Below, piece after piece: positions 46,439 through 56,645 of a stretch of DNA of 64,000 nucleotides (positions within the stretch are counted from its first letter, which is position 1; the number at the start of each line of letters is the position of its first letter). The notes under the pieces were generated by a model. It saw only the letters and a program-made list of their open reading frames with translations. It did not search any database and was not told the DNA's origin. Source of the stretch: Acidimicrobiales bacterium. GTDB taxonomy: Bacteria > Actinomycetota > Acidimicrobiia > Acidimicrobiales > CATQHL01. The stretch covers positions 2,822,759 to 2,886,758 of the forward strand of contig OZ220687.1 of the NCBI GenBank assembly GCA_965116465.1, in the 5' to 3' direction. The position numbers and the translations under genes were made by a program.

Positions 46439-46442
46439 CGCC

Positions 46443-47399
46443 GTGGCGATGCGATTCGGACGAGTCTTCGACGACAGGACCCGCGGCGCGGTCACCTCCG
46501 CGGTCTACCGGCGTTCGCGCGACGTCAAGGGCGGGTTGTTCCGGTCGTTGCTGCAGATCGGGCTGCTCGTGGCGCTGCTGGTGCTGGCCGTGCTGCTCGT
46601 GGACACCGTCACCGACGGCTGGTCGGTGCTCAGCGGCCGCCTCGGCGACTTCCTCGCCGGGGGCCTGCGCTCGCAGTCCGGCGACCCCGAACTCGGCGTG
46701 TTCCAGGGCATCAGGGGCTCGCTCTGGATCGCCATCTTCGTGATTGTGATTGCCTTCCCACTGGGCATCGGTGCCGCTATCTACCTGGAGGAATACGCCC
46801 CGAAGTCGCGGCTCACGAGCTTCATCGACCTGAACATCCGCAATCTGGCGGGCGTGCCGTCCGTCGTCTACGGCCTGCTGGGACTCGCCATCTTCGTGCG
46901 GGGCCTCGAGGACCTCACCGGGGGACAATCGGTCACCGCGGCCGGGATCACCCTCGCCGTGCTGGTGTTGCCGATCGTCATCATCACCTCCTCCGAAGCG
47001 ATCCGCGCCGTGCCGCAGTCCCTCCGTGAGGCGGGCTACGGGGCGGGCGCCACCAAGTGGGAGGTCATCCGCACCCAGATCCTCCCGTATGCGGCTCCGG
47101 GCATCCTCACCGGCACGCTGCTCTCGCTCTCGCGGGCCATCGGCGAGGCCGCACCGCTGATTCTCGTGGGGGCGGTCACCGGCTTCCTCGGCGGGCAGTC
47201 CGGGCTGGTCGACATCACCCAGCTGCAGGAACGGTTCACCGCCATGCCCATCGTCATCACGCGCTGGGTGCAGCAGTCCGGGCGGGACGGCGGCTTCGCA
47301 ACCGCCGCGGCGGCCGCGATCGTGGTAATGCTGGTAGTGGTGCTGCTGCTGAACTCCGCGGCGATCTTCCTGCGCAACCACTTCGAGAAGAAGAGGTGA
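46443..47399 (+). CDS. pstA: Phosphate ABC transporter permease PstA
   Basis: [44 protein letters not shown]. Start at GTG 46443 or ATG 46449, just after the pstC stop. Confidence 0.9.
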   Translation: MAMRFGRVFDDRTRGAVTSAVYRRSRDVKGGLFRSLLQIGLLVALLVLAVLLVDTVTDGWSVLSGRLGDFLAGGLRSQSGDPELGVFQGIRGSLWIAIFVIVIAFPLGIGAAIYLEEYAPKSRLTSFIDLNIRNLAGVPSVVYGLLGLAIFVRGLEDLTGGQSVTAAGITLAVLVLPIVIITSSEAIRAVPQSLREAGYGAGATKWEVIRTQILPYAAPGILTGTLLSLSRAIGEAAPLILVGAVTGFLGGQSGLVDITQLQERFTAMPIVITRWVQQSGRDGGFATAAAAAIVVMLVVVLLLNSAAIFLRNHFEKKR

Positions 47400-47433
47400 G
47401 TCCGGGAATCGCCGGAACGAAGGGTGTAAACCG

Positions 47434-48333
47434 ATGGCAACAGTGACGGACGCAGCGGAGGTGGCGATGAACGGCGACGGTGCGGTGCCCCCGGTTGCCG
47501 AGGCCCCGCCGGGGGTCGCGGCGGCAGCGGAGGGAGATGCGTTCCCGCCCGACGTCGTCTTCCGCGTCGAGGACCTGAACTGCTACTACGGCCCGAACCG
47601 GGCCGTGCGCGACGTGACCATGGACATCAGCGAGCGGGAGATCACCGCCATCATCGGCCCCTCGGGCTGCGGCAAGACCACCGTGCTGCGCTGCTTCAAC
47701 CGCATGAACGACCTCATCGAAGGGGCACGGGCCACCGGAACGCTGCTGTTCCGGGGGATTGATCTCTACGACTCGAGGGTCGACCCCGTCGAGGTGCGGC
47801 GCCGCGTCGGCATGGTGTTCCAGAAGCCGAACCCGTTCCCGAAGTCGGTCTTCGACAACGTGGCCTATGGGCCGCGCATCGCCGGCTCGGTCCCCAAGAG
47901 CGAACTTCCCGACGTCGTCGAGGCCTCGCTGCGCCGGGCCGCCCTGTTCGACGAGGTCAAGGACCGCCTCAAGGACTCGGCCATCGGCCTCTCCGGCGGT
48001 CAGCAGCAGCGCCTCTGCATTGCCCGGGCCATCGCCACCAGCCCCGACGTGCTGCTCATGGATGAGCCCTGCTCGGCCCTCGACCCGATCTCCACGGCAC
48101 ACATCGAGGAACTCATGCACAACCTCAAGGAGGAGTACACGATTGTCATCGTGACCCACAACATGCAGCAGGCGGCCCGCATCTCGGACCGCACGGCGTT
48201 CTTCACCGCTGACGTGGACGCCGAATCGAACTCCCGCTACGGGCTGCTCGTGGAGTTCGACGATACCGAGAAGATCTTTTCCAACCCATCCGACGAGCGC
48301 ACGGAGAACTACGTGACCGGTCGCTTCGGCTGA
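47434..48333 (+). CDS. pstB: Phosphate ABC transporter ATP-binding protein
   Basis: [48 protein letters not shown]. Confidence 0.95.
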   Translation: MATVTDAAEVAMNGDGAVPPVAEAPPGVAAAAEGDAFPPDVVFRVEDLNCYYGPNRAVRDVTMDISEREITAIIGPSGCGKTTVLRCFNRMNDLIEGARATGTLLFRGIDLYDSRVDPVEVRRRVGMVFQKPNPFPKSVFDNVAYGPRIAGSVPKSELPDVVEASLRRAALFDEVKDRLKDSAIGLSGGQQQRLCIARAIATSPDVLLMDEPCSALDPISTAHIEELMHNLKEEYTIVIVTHNMQQAARISDRTAFFTADVDAESNSRYGLLVEFDDTEKIFSNPSDERTENYVTGRFG

Positions 48334-48400
48334 AGCGGTCCGCTCGAAGTCCTTCCACTCGACAAGCGAGCGGTCGGCCAGCACGCCAGGAGGTGCCGCA

Positions 48401-49120
48401 ATGGTTGAGAGTCTCCGCAAACCCTTCGCCGACGAACTCGAAGAGGTCCGGGTCGAGTTGATCCGCATGGCCGGACTTCTGATCGAGTCGATACCGCGCT
48501 GCACCGAGGCTCTGCTCGCGAGCGATCTGGCGGCGGCACAGGAGATCATCGACGCGGACAACGTCCTCGACGAAGCCTCGCTGGCTCTCGAGCATCACTG
48601 CCAGCAGCTCCTGGCACTGCAGCAGCCCATGGCCGGTGATCTGCGCACGATCCTGGCCGCCATGACGATCAATCACGAGGTGGAACGCTCGGGTGACCTG
48701 GTGGAGAACATCGCCAAGGCCATGCGGCGGGTGTACGGCATCGACTTCGGTCCGCGCCTGCGGGGTCTCATCACCCAGATGAGCGAGGAGGCCACGCGGC
48801 TCATGCGGTTCGCGGTGGATGCCTTCGCCGACGGCAACTCGGGCCTCGCCGCCGCCCTCGACGACATCGACGATCGCCTGGACCGGCTGAACCACCAGTG
48901 CCTCGCCCTGATCGTGGGCGAGGAGGGCCGGGAGATGGGTGATCTGATGTCGGGGGTGCAGCTCGCCCTGATCGCCCGTTACTACGAGCGGATCGGCGAC
49001 CACGCCGTCAACATCGGCGAGCGGGTTCGCTACATGGTGGACGGTTGGAGGCCCGGCCAGTCCGAGGACTTGCCGGCGGATCAGGAGCCGGACGTCGGCA
49101 CCGAGGCTCCGGCCGGCTAG
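48401..49120 (+). CDS. phoU: Phosphate signalling complex protein PhoU
   Basis: Duplicated PhoU repeat (ERSGDLVENIAK / ERIGDHAVNIGE). Confidence 0.92.
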   Translation: MVESLRKPFADELEEVRVELIRMAGLLIESIPRCTEALLASDLAAAQEIIDADNVLDEASLALEHHCQQLLALQQPMAGDLRTILAAMTINHEVERSGDLVENIAKAMRRVYGIDFGPRLRGLITQMSEEATRLMRFAVDAFADGNSGLAAALDDIDDRLDRLNHQCLALIVGEEGREMGDLMSGVQLALIARYYERIGDHAVNIGERVRYMVDGWRPGQSEDLPADQEPDVGTEAPAG

Positions 49121-49122
49121 CC

Positions 49123-49971
49123 GTGCGGGTCCTGGTCACCAACGACGACGGCATTGACGCTCCGGGTTTGGCGGCATTGGCGCGGCACGCCGTCGCGGCC
49201 GGCCATGACACCTTCGTGCTGGCGCCACAGCAGGAGATGAGCGGTTCCGGCGCCTCCATGGGTTCGCTGGCACTGCACCATCCCATCGAGGTCCGTCCCC
49301 GGACGATCCCCACGCTGAACGGCGTGCCTGCCCACGCCGCGGCGGCGACCCCGGCGGCGTGCGCCATCCTGGGCTGCCTCGGCGCGGTCGGGCCTCCCCC
49401 GGATCTGGTGCTGTCGGGCATCAATCACGGATTCAATGTCGGGCGCTCCGCGCTGCATTCGGGAACGGTGGGAGCCGCCATAACCGCCGCTGCCTGGGGC
49501 GCGAAGGGGCTCGCCGTCAGCACCGCATGGGCCGAGGGCGAGGTGCATTGGGAGACCGCGGCATCGGTCGCGCTCGACCTCTCCGGTTGGTTCATGGATG
49601 CCGAGGACCTGCGGGCACTGAATGTGAACGTTCCCAACACCTCCCGCGGCGAGCTGCGCGGTGTGCGCTGGGCGACGTTGGCGCCCGTCGGCGCCATCCG
49701 GAGTGCGATCGTCGGCATCGAGGACACCGCCGACGGCGAGGGGTTCCGGGTGCTCACCGATCACCGCTCCACCGACCCTGGCGCGGCGCCGCGGCGATCG
49801 GACCGGGCACTCGTTGCGGGAGGCTGGGTGACACTGACGGGACTGGGAGGGCTCGCCGAGCAGATCCCCAGCGGCGAGACGGCCGGCGAGCCGGCGCTCG
49901 GCGGGCTCTTGGAGCGCGGGGCGGGCGACGGCGACCGGAGCGATGTGACGCCCACCCCGGGACTGCCGTGA
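49123..49971 (+). CDS. surE: 5'/3'-nucleotidase SurE
   Basis: The N-terminus VRVLVTNDDGIDAPGLAAL is the SurE signature, with SGINHGFNVG. GTG start at 49123, 3 nt after the phoU stop. Confidence 0.85.
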   Translation: MRVLVTNDDGIDAPGLAALARHAVAAGHDTFVLAPQQEMSGSGASMGSLALHHPIEVRPRTIPTLNGVPAHAAAATPAACAILGCLGAVGPPPDLVLSGINHGFNVGRSALHSGTVGAAITAAAWGAKGLAVSTAWAEGEVHWETAASVALDLSGWFMDAEDLRALNVNVPNTSRGELRGVRWATLAPVGAIRSAIVGIEDTADGEGFRVLTDHRSTDPGAAPRRSDRALVAGGWVTLTGLGGLAEQIPSGETAGEPALGGLLERGAGDGDRSDVTPTPGLP

Positions 49972-51398
49972 TGACCGCGGCGCTGGCGATCCTCGGGGCC
50001 GCGCTCGCCGTGACGGTGGCCGCACTCGGGGTCATGGCGGCTCGCGACCGCCGCGCCCGGCGCGCGATGGATCGGCTCCTGGACGCTGGAGGTGGGGAGG
50101 CCCGGACCACCGAGGGCTCCGAGGGCCCCGAAGGCAGTCTGGCGGGCCTGCTTGCGGCCACAGAGGCAGACCCGCTCGGCACCACGAGCACGGCCGATGT
50201 CCGTGCCGCGCTCGAAGCCGTGGGCGACCGGCTGCGTTCCCTGGAGCAGTCCACCGACGCTCGGGCCGAGTGGATGCGGCGACTCGGTGCGGTCGTGTCC
50301 CGCATGACCGAGGGCGTGGTGATCTCCGACGCCGATGGTCGGATCGTCTTCCGCGACGACACCGTGCATCCGGCGATCTCGACCCGGCATGGCCATGCGC
50401 TGACCGACGCCGCGCTGAGCCGGGTCCTGGGCCAGGCCTGCGCGGGGATGACGGTCACCGAGGAGGTCCGTCTCTACGGTCCGCCCGAGCGCATCCTCCT
50501 GCTCAGCGCGTCGCCGATGGCCGAGGGGGGACTGGCGCTCATCGAGGACGTCACCGAGCGGGAGCGGGTCGAGACGATGCGCCGTGACTTCGTCTCGAAC
50601 ATCAGCCACGAGCTGCGCACCCCTGTCGGCGCGATCAGCCTCCTGGCCGAGACGCTCGGGGATCTGCTGGCCGACAGTGCCGGATCGGCCGGTGAGGTGC
50701 CGCTCGGCGTCGAGGACCGGGCGACGGTCGTGAGTCTGGCCTCGCGCCTGGTGTCCGAGGCGGACAGAATGACCCGCGCCATCGACGATCTCGCCGAACT
50801 CAGCCGCGTCGAGCGCGACGCCGACGGTGAACGCAGCGTCATGGCCTTGCAGGACATCGTGAGTGCCGTCGTTGAGCGGCTCGCCAACGCAGCCGAGCAA
50901 TGCGGCATAGCCGTGGGTGTCGCGGCGCCTTCGGAGCCGGTTCTGATCCGGGCTGACCGGCGCCAGATCGCCTCGGCAGTGCACAACCTGCTCGACAACG
51001 CCCTGAAGTACTCAGACTCGGGGACATCGGTGAACGTGCGGATCCGCCGGCTGGACGCGGCCGCCGAACTCTCGGTTCAAGACACGGGTGTGGGGATCCC
51101 CCAGGGCGACCTGTCGCGGATTTTCGAGCGCTTCTACCGGGTCGACCGCTCGCGGACGTCGACCTCCGGCGGGATCGGTCTCGGATTGGCCATTGTCCGG
51201 CACGTCGCCATCAACCATCGCGGTGTCGTGACGGTGGAGTCCATGGAGGGCGAGGGCAGCATGTTCACCTTGCGATTGCCGCTTGTCCTCGGGGACGGAG
51301 ACGCCGTGCGGCGGTCCCCTTCGATTGCGGAGTCGCAGCCAGGTGCGCCGGATGGCGCGCCCGCCGGTAGGTCCCGGGTAGGCGGGGACGAGTCGTGA
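49971..51398 (+). CDS. senX3: Sensor histidine kinase (SenX3/PhoR-like)
   Basis: N-terminal TM helix, a PAS-like segment, H-box FVSNISHELRTP, N/G boxes NLLDNALKY and DTGVGI...GLGLAIV. The start overlaps the surE stop (GTGATG at 49968-49973). Confidence 0.85.
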   Translation: MTAALAILGAALAVTVAALGVMAARDRRARRAMDRLLDAGGGEARTTEGSEGPEGSLAGLLAATEADPLGTTSTADVRAALEAVGDRLRSLEQSTDARAEWMRRLGAVVSRMTEGVVISDADGRIVFRDDTVHPAISTRHGHALTDAALSRVLGQACAGMTVTEEVRLYGPPERILLLSASPMAEGGLALIEDVTERERVETMRRDFVSNISHELRTPVGAISLLAETLGDLLADSAGSAGEVPLGVEDRATVVSLASRLVSEADRMTRAIDDLAELSRVERDADGERSVMALQDIVSAVVERLANAAEQCGIAVGVAAPSEPVLIRADRRQIASAVHNLLDNALKYSDSGTSVNVRIRRLDAAAELSVQDTGVGIPQGDLSRIFERFYRVDRSRTSTSGGIGLGLAIVRHVAINHRGVVTVESMEGEGSMFTLRLPLVLGDGDAVRRSPSIAESQPGAPDGAPAGRSRVGGDES

Positions 51399-52150
51399 AC
51401 GGCTCGCCTCGGGTGCTGCTGGTTGAGGACGAGCCGTCATTCGTCGAGGCGCTGAGCGCCGGATTGCGTCGGGAGGGATTCGCGCTCGACGTCGCACGCG
51501 ACGGCCGCGAGGCGCTCGACCGTTTCGAGGCCTGCGATCCTGACGTGATCCTGCTCGATGTCATGCTGCCGCGCCTGTCGGGTCTGGACGTGTGCCGGGC
51601 GATCCGCAGCCGCTCGAACGTCCCGATCATCATGGTCTCGGCAAAGGGCGAGGAGATCGACATGGTGGTCGGCCTGGAGGTCGGAGCCGACGACTACGTG
51701 CCCAAGCCGTACCGGTTCCGTGAGCTGGTGGCCCGTATCCGCGCCGTGCTGCGCCGCGCGCAGGTGCAGGCCGCCGCCATTGAGGCCGCCGCCGAAGCCG
51801 TCGCGGCGGATGCCGAGCGCCCCATCGCGGTCGGCGACGTGTCCATCGATCCGCACGGCCACGAGGTACGGGTGCGGGGCGAGAGCGTGCAACTCCCGCT
51901 GAAGGAATTCGATCTGCTGTGGGTGCTGATCTCCAACGCGGGGCGGGTGGTGCCGCGTGACGATCTGATCGATGAGGTCTGGGGCATGGACTACGTCGGC
52001 GACACCAAGACGCTGGACGCGCACATCCGCCGGCTGCGGCGAAAGATCGAGGTTGAGCCCTCCAATCCGCAGCGCATCGTCACCGTCCGGGGAGTGGGTT
52101 ACAAGTACTCTGAATCTGTCACTTCCCCGTCCGGGAAGGGAGACGGCTAG
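51395..52150 (+). CDS. regX3: OmpR-family response regulator (RegX3/PhoP-like)
   Basis: Receiver domain VLLVEDE...DVILLDVMLP. An unusual Ala-rich linker QVQAAAIEAAAEAVAAD. Winged-helix C-terminus LTLKEFDLL-like (VQLPLKEFDLLWVL...RGVGYKY). The GTG overlaps the kinase stop. Confidence 0.9.
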   Translation: MNGSPRVLLVEDEPSFVEALSAGLRREGFALDVARDGREALDRFEACDPDVILLDVMLPRLSGLDVCRAIRSRSNVPIIMVSAKGEEIDMVVGLEVGADDYVPKPYRFRELVARIRAVLRRAQVQAAAIEAAAEAVAADAERPIAVGDVSIDPHGHEVRVRGESVQLPLKEFDLLWVLISNAGRVVPRDDLIDEVWGMDYVGDTKTLDAHIRRLRRKIEVEPSNPQRIVTVRGVGYKYSESVTSPSGKGDG

Positions 52151-52160
52151 AAGGAGGGCC

Positions 52161-53510
52161 ATGTCCGGCGCCGGTGGCTGGAGTCCGGTTCGCGAACCCC
52201 GCTATCCGCGCCCACCCGATGCCGACGGGCCGCGCCGGGTGAGCGGTTTCACGCGTCTGGCCCGAGTGCACGCGCTGTCCGCGGCCGGGGACGCCATGAT
52301 CGCCGTGGCTCTCGCCGACTCGCTGTTCTTCTCCGTCGATCCCGGTGCCGCCCGGTCGAGGGTTCTGCTCTATCTCTTCCTGACTCTGACCCCGTTCGCA
52401 GTCGTGGCGCCGCTCATCGGACCGGCAGTCGACCGGGCACCCGGCGGGCGGCGCCTGCTCATCGTTCTGCTCAACGCCGGTCGCACCATGACCGTGTTCT
52501 TCATGATCGGCAATCTCGACTCGGGATTGCTGTTCCCCCTGGCCTTCGCAGCCCTGGTGCTCGGCAAGGGGTACGCGGTGGCGAAGGCGTCGGTCGTCCC
52601 CGCCACGGCGCGCTCGGAGTCCGAACTGGTGAACCGCAACTCGCGGCTGGCGGTTCTCAGCGGCGTGGCGGGCCTCGCCGGAGGTATCCCGGCCTGGCTG
52701 ATCCAGCGCTACGCAGGGTCCGACTGGGTCATGGGGGTGGCCACCGGCGTTTTCCTCGGAGCGTGTGTCGTGTCTCTGCGGCTGCCGCGGGCGGACGTGG
52801 TGGCCGGCGCCTCCCGGAGCCCCGCCGACGACGCCGCCAGGGAGATCCGCGGGTTCGGGATACGCCTTGCCGCCTCGGGGACGGCGGTGCTGCGCGGCGT
52901 TCTGGGGTTCATGACGTTCCTGGTGGCCTTCGGGCTGCGCGAGGACGCGCTCTGGCAGGTGTACCTCGTCGGTGCCTTCGCGATGATCGGGGTGTTGAGC
53001 GGGTCGGCGGTGGCCGCCCGGATGCGTTCGGGGGCGCGCGAGGAGTCGATCCTGCAGATCATGCTTCTCGTGCCCGCGTTGGTGTCGCTGCTGGCGATCT
53101 GGGACGGGGGACTGAAGGGGGCGATCGTCGTGGCCCTGGTCGTCGGGCTGGCAGCCGCGGCCGGCAAGGTGGCGTTCGACTCCGTTGTGCAGCGGGACGC
53201 GCCGAACGCCGACTACGGCCGGAGCTTCGGACGCTTCGAGACCCGGTTCCAGCTCTCGTGGGTGGTCGGCTCGGCTCTGGCGGTGATACCGATGTCGCTC
53301 CGGCTGGGCTTCATCCTGATCACCCTCTTCCTGGCGGCCGCGGTCGTGCTGCACCTCGTCGGGGCCAAGAACGTGCGACGAGGCCAGCCGCCGCCCAGCC
53401 TGCCGCGCCGGCTACCGGAAAGATGGCACCGCAGGCCCACCCGCGATGATCAACGTGCGCCCGGATCCCCCTCGCCCCGCTCGGAGCCGGACTCCCCGGA
53501 ATTCCCGTAG
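52161..53510 (+). CDS. MFS-like polytopic membrane protein
   Basis: ATG at 52161 after AAGGAGGG. About 12 hydrophobic segments and the basic loop motif DRAPGGRRLL. The C-terminal tail overlaps the convergent gene by 61 nt. Confidence 0.6.
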   Translation: MSGAGGWSPVREPRYPRPPDADGPRRVSGFTRLARVHALSAAGDAMIAVALADSLFFSVDPGAARSRVLLYLFLTLTPFAVVAPLIGPAVDRAPGGRRLLIVLLNAGRTMTVFFMIGNLDSGLLFPLAFAALVLGKGYAVAKASVVPATARSESELVNRNSRLAVLSGVAGLAGGIPAWLIQRYAGSDWVMGVATGVFLGACVVSLRLPRADVVAGASRSPADDAAREIRGFGIRLAASGTAVLRGVLGFMTFLVAFGLREDALWQVYLVGAFAMIGVLSGSAVAARMRSGAREESILQIMLLVPALVSLLAIWDGGLKGAIVVALVVGLAAAAGKVAFDSVVQRDAPNADYGRSFGRFETRFQLSWVVGSALAVIPMSLRLGFILITLFLAAAVVLHLVGAKNVRRGQPPPSLPRRLPERWHRRPTRDDQRAPGSPSPRSEPDSPEFP

Positions 53511-54724
53511 ACCTCCAAGCGGGCCAGCCACAGCCCGGCAGCGGAAATCTCACTCGGTGTCGGCCAGTTGTCGGCGGACTGCCACAGGCGGCCGATGCCC
53601 TCCGCACCGGCCCGTTCGGTGACACCTGCGACGAAGCGGGCGCCGCGTCCGGCGGCCTCCGGGGCCACATCGACGCCCAGGAGTCGAGCCAACTGGCGGG
53701 CTTCGGCGGGCGGCGTGAGGCGGCGTCGCCTGAAGGCCTCCCGTACGGGACTCCGGGGGCCGATCAGTTGCGCGCAGGCCCCTTCGGTGGTGGCGTCGGC
53801 ATAGCCGATCAACACCGAGAGGAGGTCCTCCAGTTGACCGGCGGCCTCTTCCTGGTTCTCCGAAGCGGTTGCGCCGAGCAACATCTCGGGGCTGGAGAGC
53901 AGGGCGGGCATCTCGGCCATGGCCCTCTCCGGGTCGAGGTCGCCGAGTCGCTCCTGCAACGAGTCGACGATCCCGCCGGGATCGATCTCGAAGCCCTGCG
54001 CATGGCTCCTCAGCAGGTCGGTCAGCCGCTGGTGCACCGACGGGACGCTGAGCACCGCGTTGCAGATGAGAGAATGCACGCAGACCCAGAGACAGGTGTC
54101 GTCCCGCGGCAGGCTCCAGGCCTGGGCGAACGCGGTGATGTTCGGCTCGACGAGCAGGAGACGGTCGCTGCGCGCGCGGGGCAGCATCAGGTCGTGGGAG
54201 CCGAGCGCGACCCGCGCCAGGCGGCCGGTCAGCGACCCGGCGGTCATGTCCGCCAGCAGCGGTGCCAGCGGCCCCATGAGGCGCCGCAGCATCGCCTCGG
54301 GACTGTCGGCCGGTGACTCATCGGACTCCGCCGAGTCCCGTGCCGCGGCCAGCGCCTCCTGCAACTGCTGGAAGTGCGGTCGCCAGTCGCGGAGCGTGTG
54401 GTGCGCCCAGTTGCTGCGATTCACGACCGCGACTTCGATCGGCCGGTGGTCGGCGGTGATGGGCAGCCCGGTGGCCGCCTCGGCGGCCCGCTGCGCGATG
54501 CCGGCCAGATCGCTGAAGGCGACCCGCTCGGCGGGCGAGACGTTCGGCTCCTTCCCGCCGTCGGAGGCCACCGCCACCGCCAGCTGATCGGCTGCCTGGC
54601 GGCTGACGGCGGGGGACCGCAGCAGCCTGGTCAGGTCGCCCAGGAGCGGCCAGGCGCCGAGGGGATCCTCCTCCGCGCCCCAGTCGGCGGCACCTTCGTC
54701 GAAAGGAGGATCGCTCGGTGGCAT
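53450..54724 (-). CDS. DUF2342-like (putative zinc-metalloprotease family) protein with a degenerate HExxH position
   Basis: The C-terminal block RRRRLTPPAEARQLARLLGVDV...GRGARFVAGV...LWQSADNWPTPSEI...WLARL resembles the DUF2342 family tail. Where I expect LHExTH, the sequence reads CVHSLIC. Confidence 0.5.
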   Translation of the reverse strand: MPPSDPPFDEGAADWGAEEDPLGAWPLLGDLTRLLRSPAVSRQAADQLAVAVASDGGKEPNVSPAERVAFSDLAGIAQRAAEAATGLPITADHRPIEVAVVNRSNWAHHTLRDWRPHFQQLQEALAAARDSAESDESPADSPEAMLRRLMGPLAPLLADMTAGSLTGRLARVALGSHDLMLPRARSDRLLLVEPNITAFAQAWSLPRDDTCLWVCVHSLICNAVLSVPSVHQRLTDLLRSHAQGFEIDPGGIVDSLQERLGDLDPERAMAEMPALLSSPEMLLGATASENQEEAAGQLEDLLSVLIGYADATTEGACAQLIGPRSPVREAFRRRRLTPPAEARQLARLLGVDVAPEAAGRGARFVAGVTERAGAEGIGRLWQSADNWPTPSEISAAGLWLARLEVYGNSGESGSERGEGDPGAR

Positions 54725-54768
54725 GACTGAATCGTAGATGGGGGAGGTGGCCGTTACCTTGGGGTTCC

Positions 54769-55896
54769 GTGACGAACCGCGCGCGGGATCCCGCCGCTTC
54801 TGCTGCCGGCGCCGGGCAAGCGGCCGCGCCGAGCCGGCCGCTCGTCGTGGCGATCACCGGGGTGGCCGGATCGATCGGCTCGCGACTGGCGGCGCGACTG
54901 GCCTCCCGCACCGGTGAGGTGCGCGTCGTCGGCGTGGATTCGCAACCGCTGCAATCGCAACTCGGCGCCGAACTGCGCCAGGGGGATCTCCGCACCGACG
55001 ACGTGGTGGCGATGCTGCGGGGAGTCGACGTCGTCGCGCACCTCGTGTCGGCGTTCGATCCGCGCCGCGACGGGCTGGAGTCGGCGAGCCTCGACATCGA
55101 GATGGTGCGCCGGCTGCTGGCGGCGGCGTCGGTGGCGAAGGTCTCCGGTGTCGTCCTGATGTCCAGCGCGATGGTCTACGGGGCCTGGCCCAACAATCCG
55201 GTCCCGCTCCAGGAGGATGCGCTGCTGCGGCCCAATCCCGGGTTCTCCTTCGCCGCGCACAAGGCGGAGGTGGAGCGACTCGCAGCCGATTGGCACGCCG
55301 ACAACCCGGAGGTGCGCCTCGTCGTGCTCCGGCCCGTGACCGCGGTCGCGGCGGGCGAGAGCAGTTGGGCGGCCCGCATCCTGCGCGCCGCGGTCACCGT
55401 GGCGGCCGGTGACGACAATCCGCCCGTGCAGTTTCTGCATCTGGACGACTTGGCGGCAGCGGTGGAGCTGGCGGTGCTGGGCGACCTCGCCGGCGCCTAC
55501 AACGTGGCCCCCGACGGCTACGTCTCGGCGGCCCGCATGCGGCGGCTCAGCGGCATGGTGCCCTGGCTGCGGGTCCCGCCGCAGGTGGCGTCCTGGCTGG
55601 CCCGGTTCCGCTGGCGCTGGCGTTTGGCGCCGACGCCTCCCGGCGTCGTCCCGTACACCCGGTTTCCCTGGGTGGTGTCGAACGAACGCCTGCGGGCGGC
55701 CGGCTGGGCGCCCCGGCACAGCAACGAGGAGTCCTACGTCGACTCGCACCACGCCAAGCCGTGGGCGATCACGACGTCCTCGGTGATGCAGCGGAGATCT
55801 CTGGCTGTGCTCATCGCGCTCGTGGCGGTCGGTCTGGGGATCGCGATCGGGGCGATGACCCGGGCGCGCCGCGCGGCCCGGCCGCCCCTGCCCTGA
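54769..55896 (+). CDS. NAD-dependent epimerase/dehydratase-family (SDR) protein with a C-terminal TM anchor
   Basis: Rossmann motif VVAITGVAGSIGSRLAARL and a C-terminal hydrophobic helix LAVLIALVAVGLGIAIGAM. Confidence 0.7.
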   Translation: MTNRARDPAASAAGAGQAAAPSRPLVVAITGVAGSIGSRLAARLASRTGEVRVVGVDSQPLQSQLGAELRQGDLRTDDVVAMLRGVDVVAHLVSAFDPRRDGLESASLDIEMVRRLLAAASVAKVSGVVLMSSAMVYGAWPNNPVPLQEDALLRPNPGFSFAAHKAEVERLAADWHADNPEVRLVVLRPVTAVAAGESSWAARILRAAVTVAAGDDNPPVQFLHLDDLAAAVELAVLGDLAGAYNVAPDGYVSAARMRRLSGMVPWLRVPPQVASWLARFRWRWRLAPTPPGVVPYTRFPWVVSNERLRAAGWAPRHSNEESYVDSHHAKPWAITTSSVMQRRSLAVLIALVAVGLGIAIGAMTRARRAARPPLP

Positions 55897-55949
55897 ACCC
55901 GACCGCCGGGATGAATCGATCCAGGTTCGGCGGGACTTATCCTTGATCC

Positions 55950-56438
55950 GTGCAATCACCACAGGGCGACACGTGGGTCGGTCTCGGAGATGACCGACTG
56001 CCGCTGGAGGCAGCGGTGGCGTGGGCAAACCGCCCGCACTGCGGCGCCGTGGTGATGTTCTCCGGGAACGCCCGGGACAGCTCGCCCGATCGTCCCGAGG
56101 TCTACGAGCTGACCTATGAGGCCTACGAGGCCGAGGCGGAGCACCGTCTGGCGGCCGTTGCACGCCAGGCGCGGGAACTCTGGCCCGACGTCGGCCGGCT
56201 GGCACTGCTGCACCGCACCGGCACGCTGGCGATCGGGGAGGCCGCGGTCGTCGTCGTGGCCTCCGCGCCCCACCGCCGGGAGGCGTTCGACGCAGCGAGG
56301 TTCTGCATCGACGCGTTGAAGGCCACCGTCCCGATCTGGAAGCTCGAGAAGTGGGCCGGCGGCGAGAGCTGGGGCAGGGAGGCCCAGCACCTGTCGGAGA
56401 TCGAGGAGTACACCGAGCGGGTGCACAACCCGCTCTAG
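55950..56438 (+). CDS. moaE: Molybdopterin synthase catalytic subunit
   Basis: GAVVMFSGNARD, YEAYEAEAE, GEAAVVVVASAPHRREAFDAARFCIDALKATVPIWKLE. Confidence 0.85.
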   Translation: MQSPQGDTWVGLGDDRLPLEAAVAWANRPHCGAVVMFSGNARDSSPDRPEVYELTYEAYEAEAEHRLAAVARQARELWPDVGRLALLHRTGTLAIGEAAVVVVASAPHRREAFDAARFCIDALKATVPIWKLEKWAGGESWGREAQHLSEIEEYTERVHNPL

Positions 56439-56459
56439 GGAGTCTGGGAGAGGCGACGA

Positions 56460-56639
56460 GTGGCCGGTGTGATCTTCCTGTTCGTGGCGGTCGGCGTGTG
56501 CGTCGTCGGGTTCCTCGTGATCTGGCTGCGACATCGGGACCGTACGACTTTCACATCGAGCGTCGACCGCTTCGACGCCGAGATGTCGGCGCTCCGGCCG
56601 CCCGCCGGGAGCCGGGGCCGCGGCCGTCGGGGCCGCTAG
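56460..56639 (+). CDS. Possible small membrane protein (59 aa), not in the ORF track
   Basis: GTG at 56460 after GGGAGAGG. It translates to VAGVIFLFVAVGVCVVGFLVIWLRHRDRTTFTSSVDRFDAEMSALRPPAGSRGRGRRGR, with stop TAG at 56637-56639, 6 nt before mreB. Confidence 0.35.
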   Translation: MAGVIFLFVAVGVCVVGFLVIWLRHRDRTTFTSSVDRFDAEMSALRPPAGSRGRGRRGR

Positions 56640-56645
56640 TCCGCC

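Noticed and set aside
51740-51810. The Ala-rich linker (QVQAAAIEAAAEAVAAD) in the RegX3-like regulator, as a possible fourth copy of the SBP stalk module
   Set aside because: It is only about 17 aa long and lacks both the AELAQATA...AEAALA block and the heptad array. The resemblance is compositional only.
53450-53510. 61-nt convergent overlap between the MFS-like gene and the DUF2342-like gene
   Set aside because: It is most likely just non-conserved C-terminal tails running to the first stop in GC-rich DNA. There is no evidence of functional antisense coupling.
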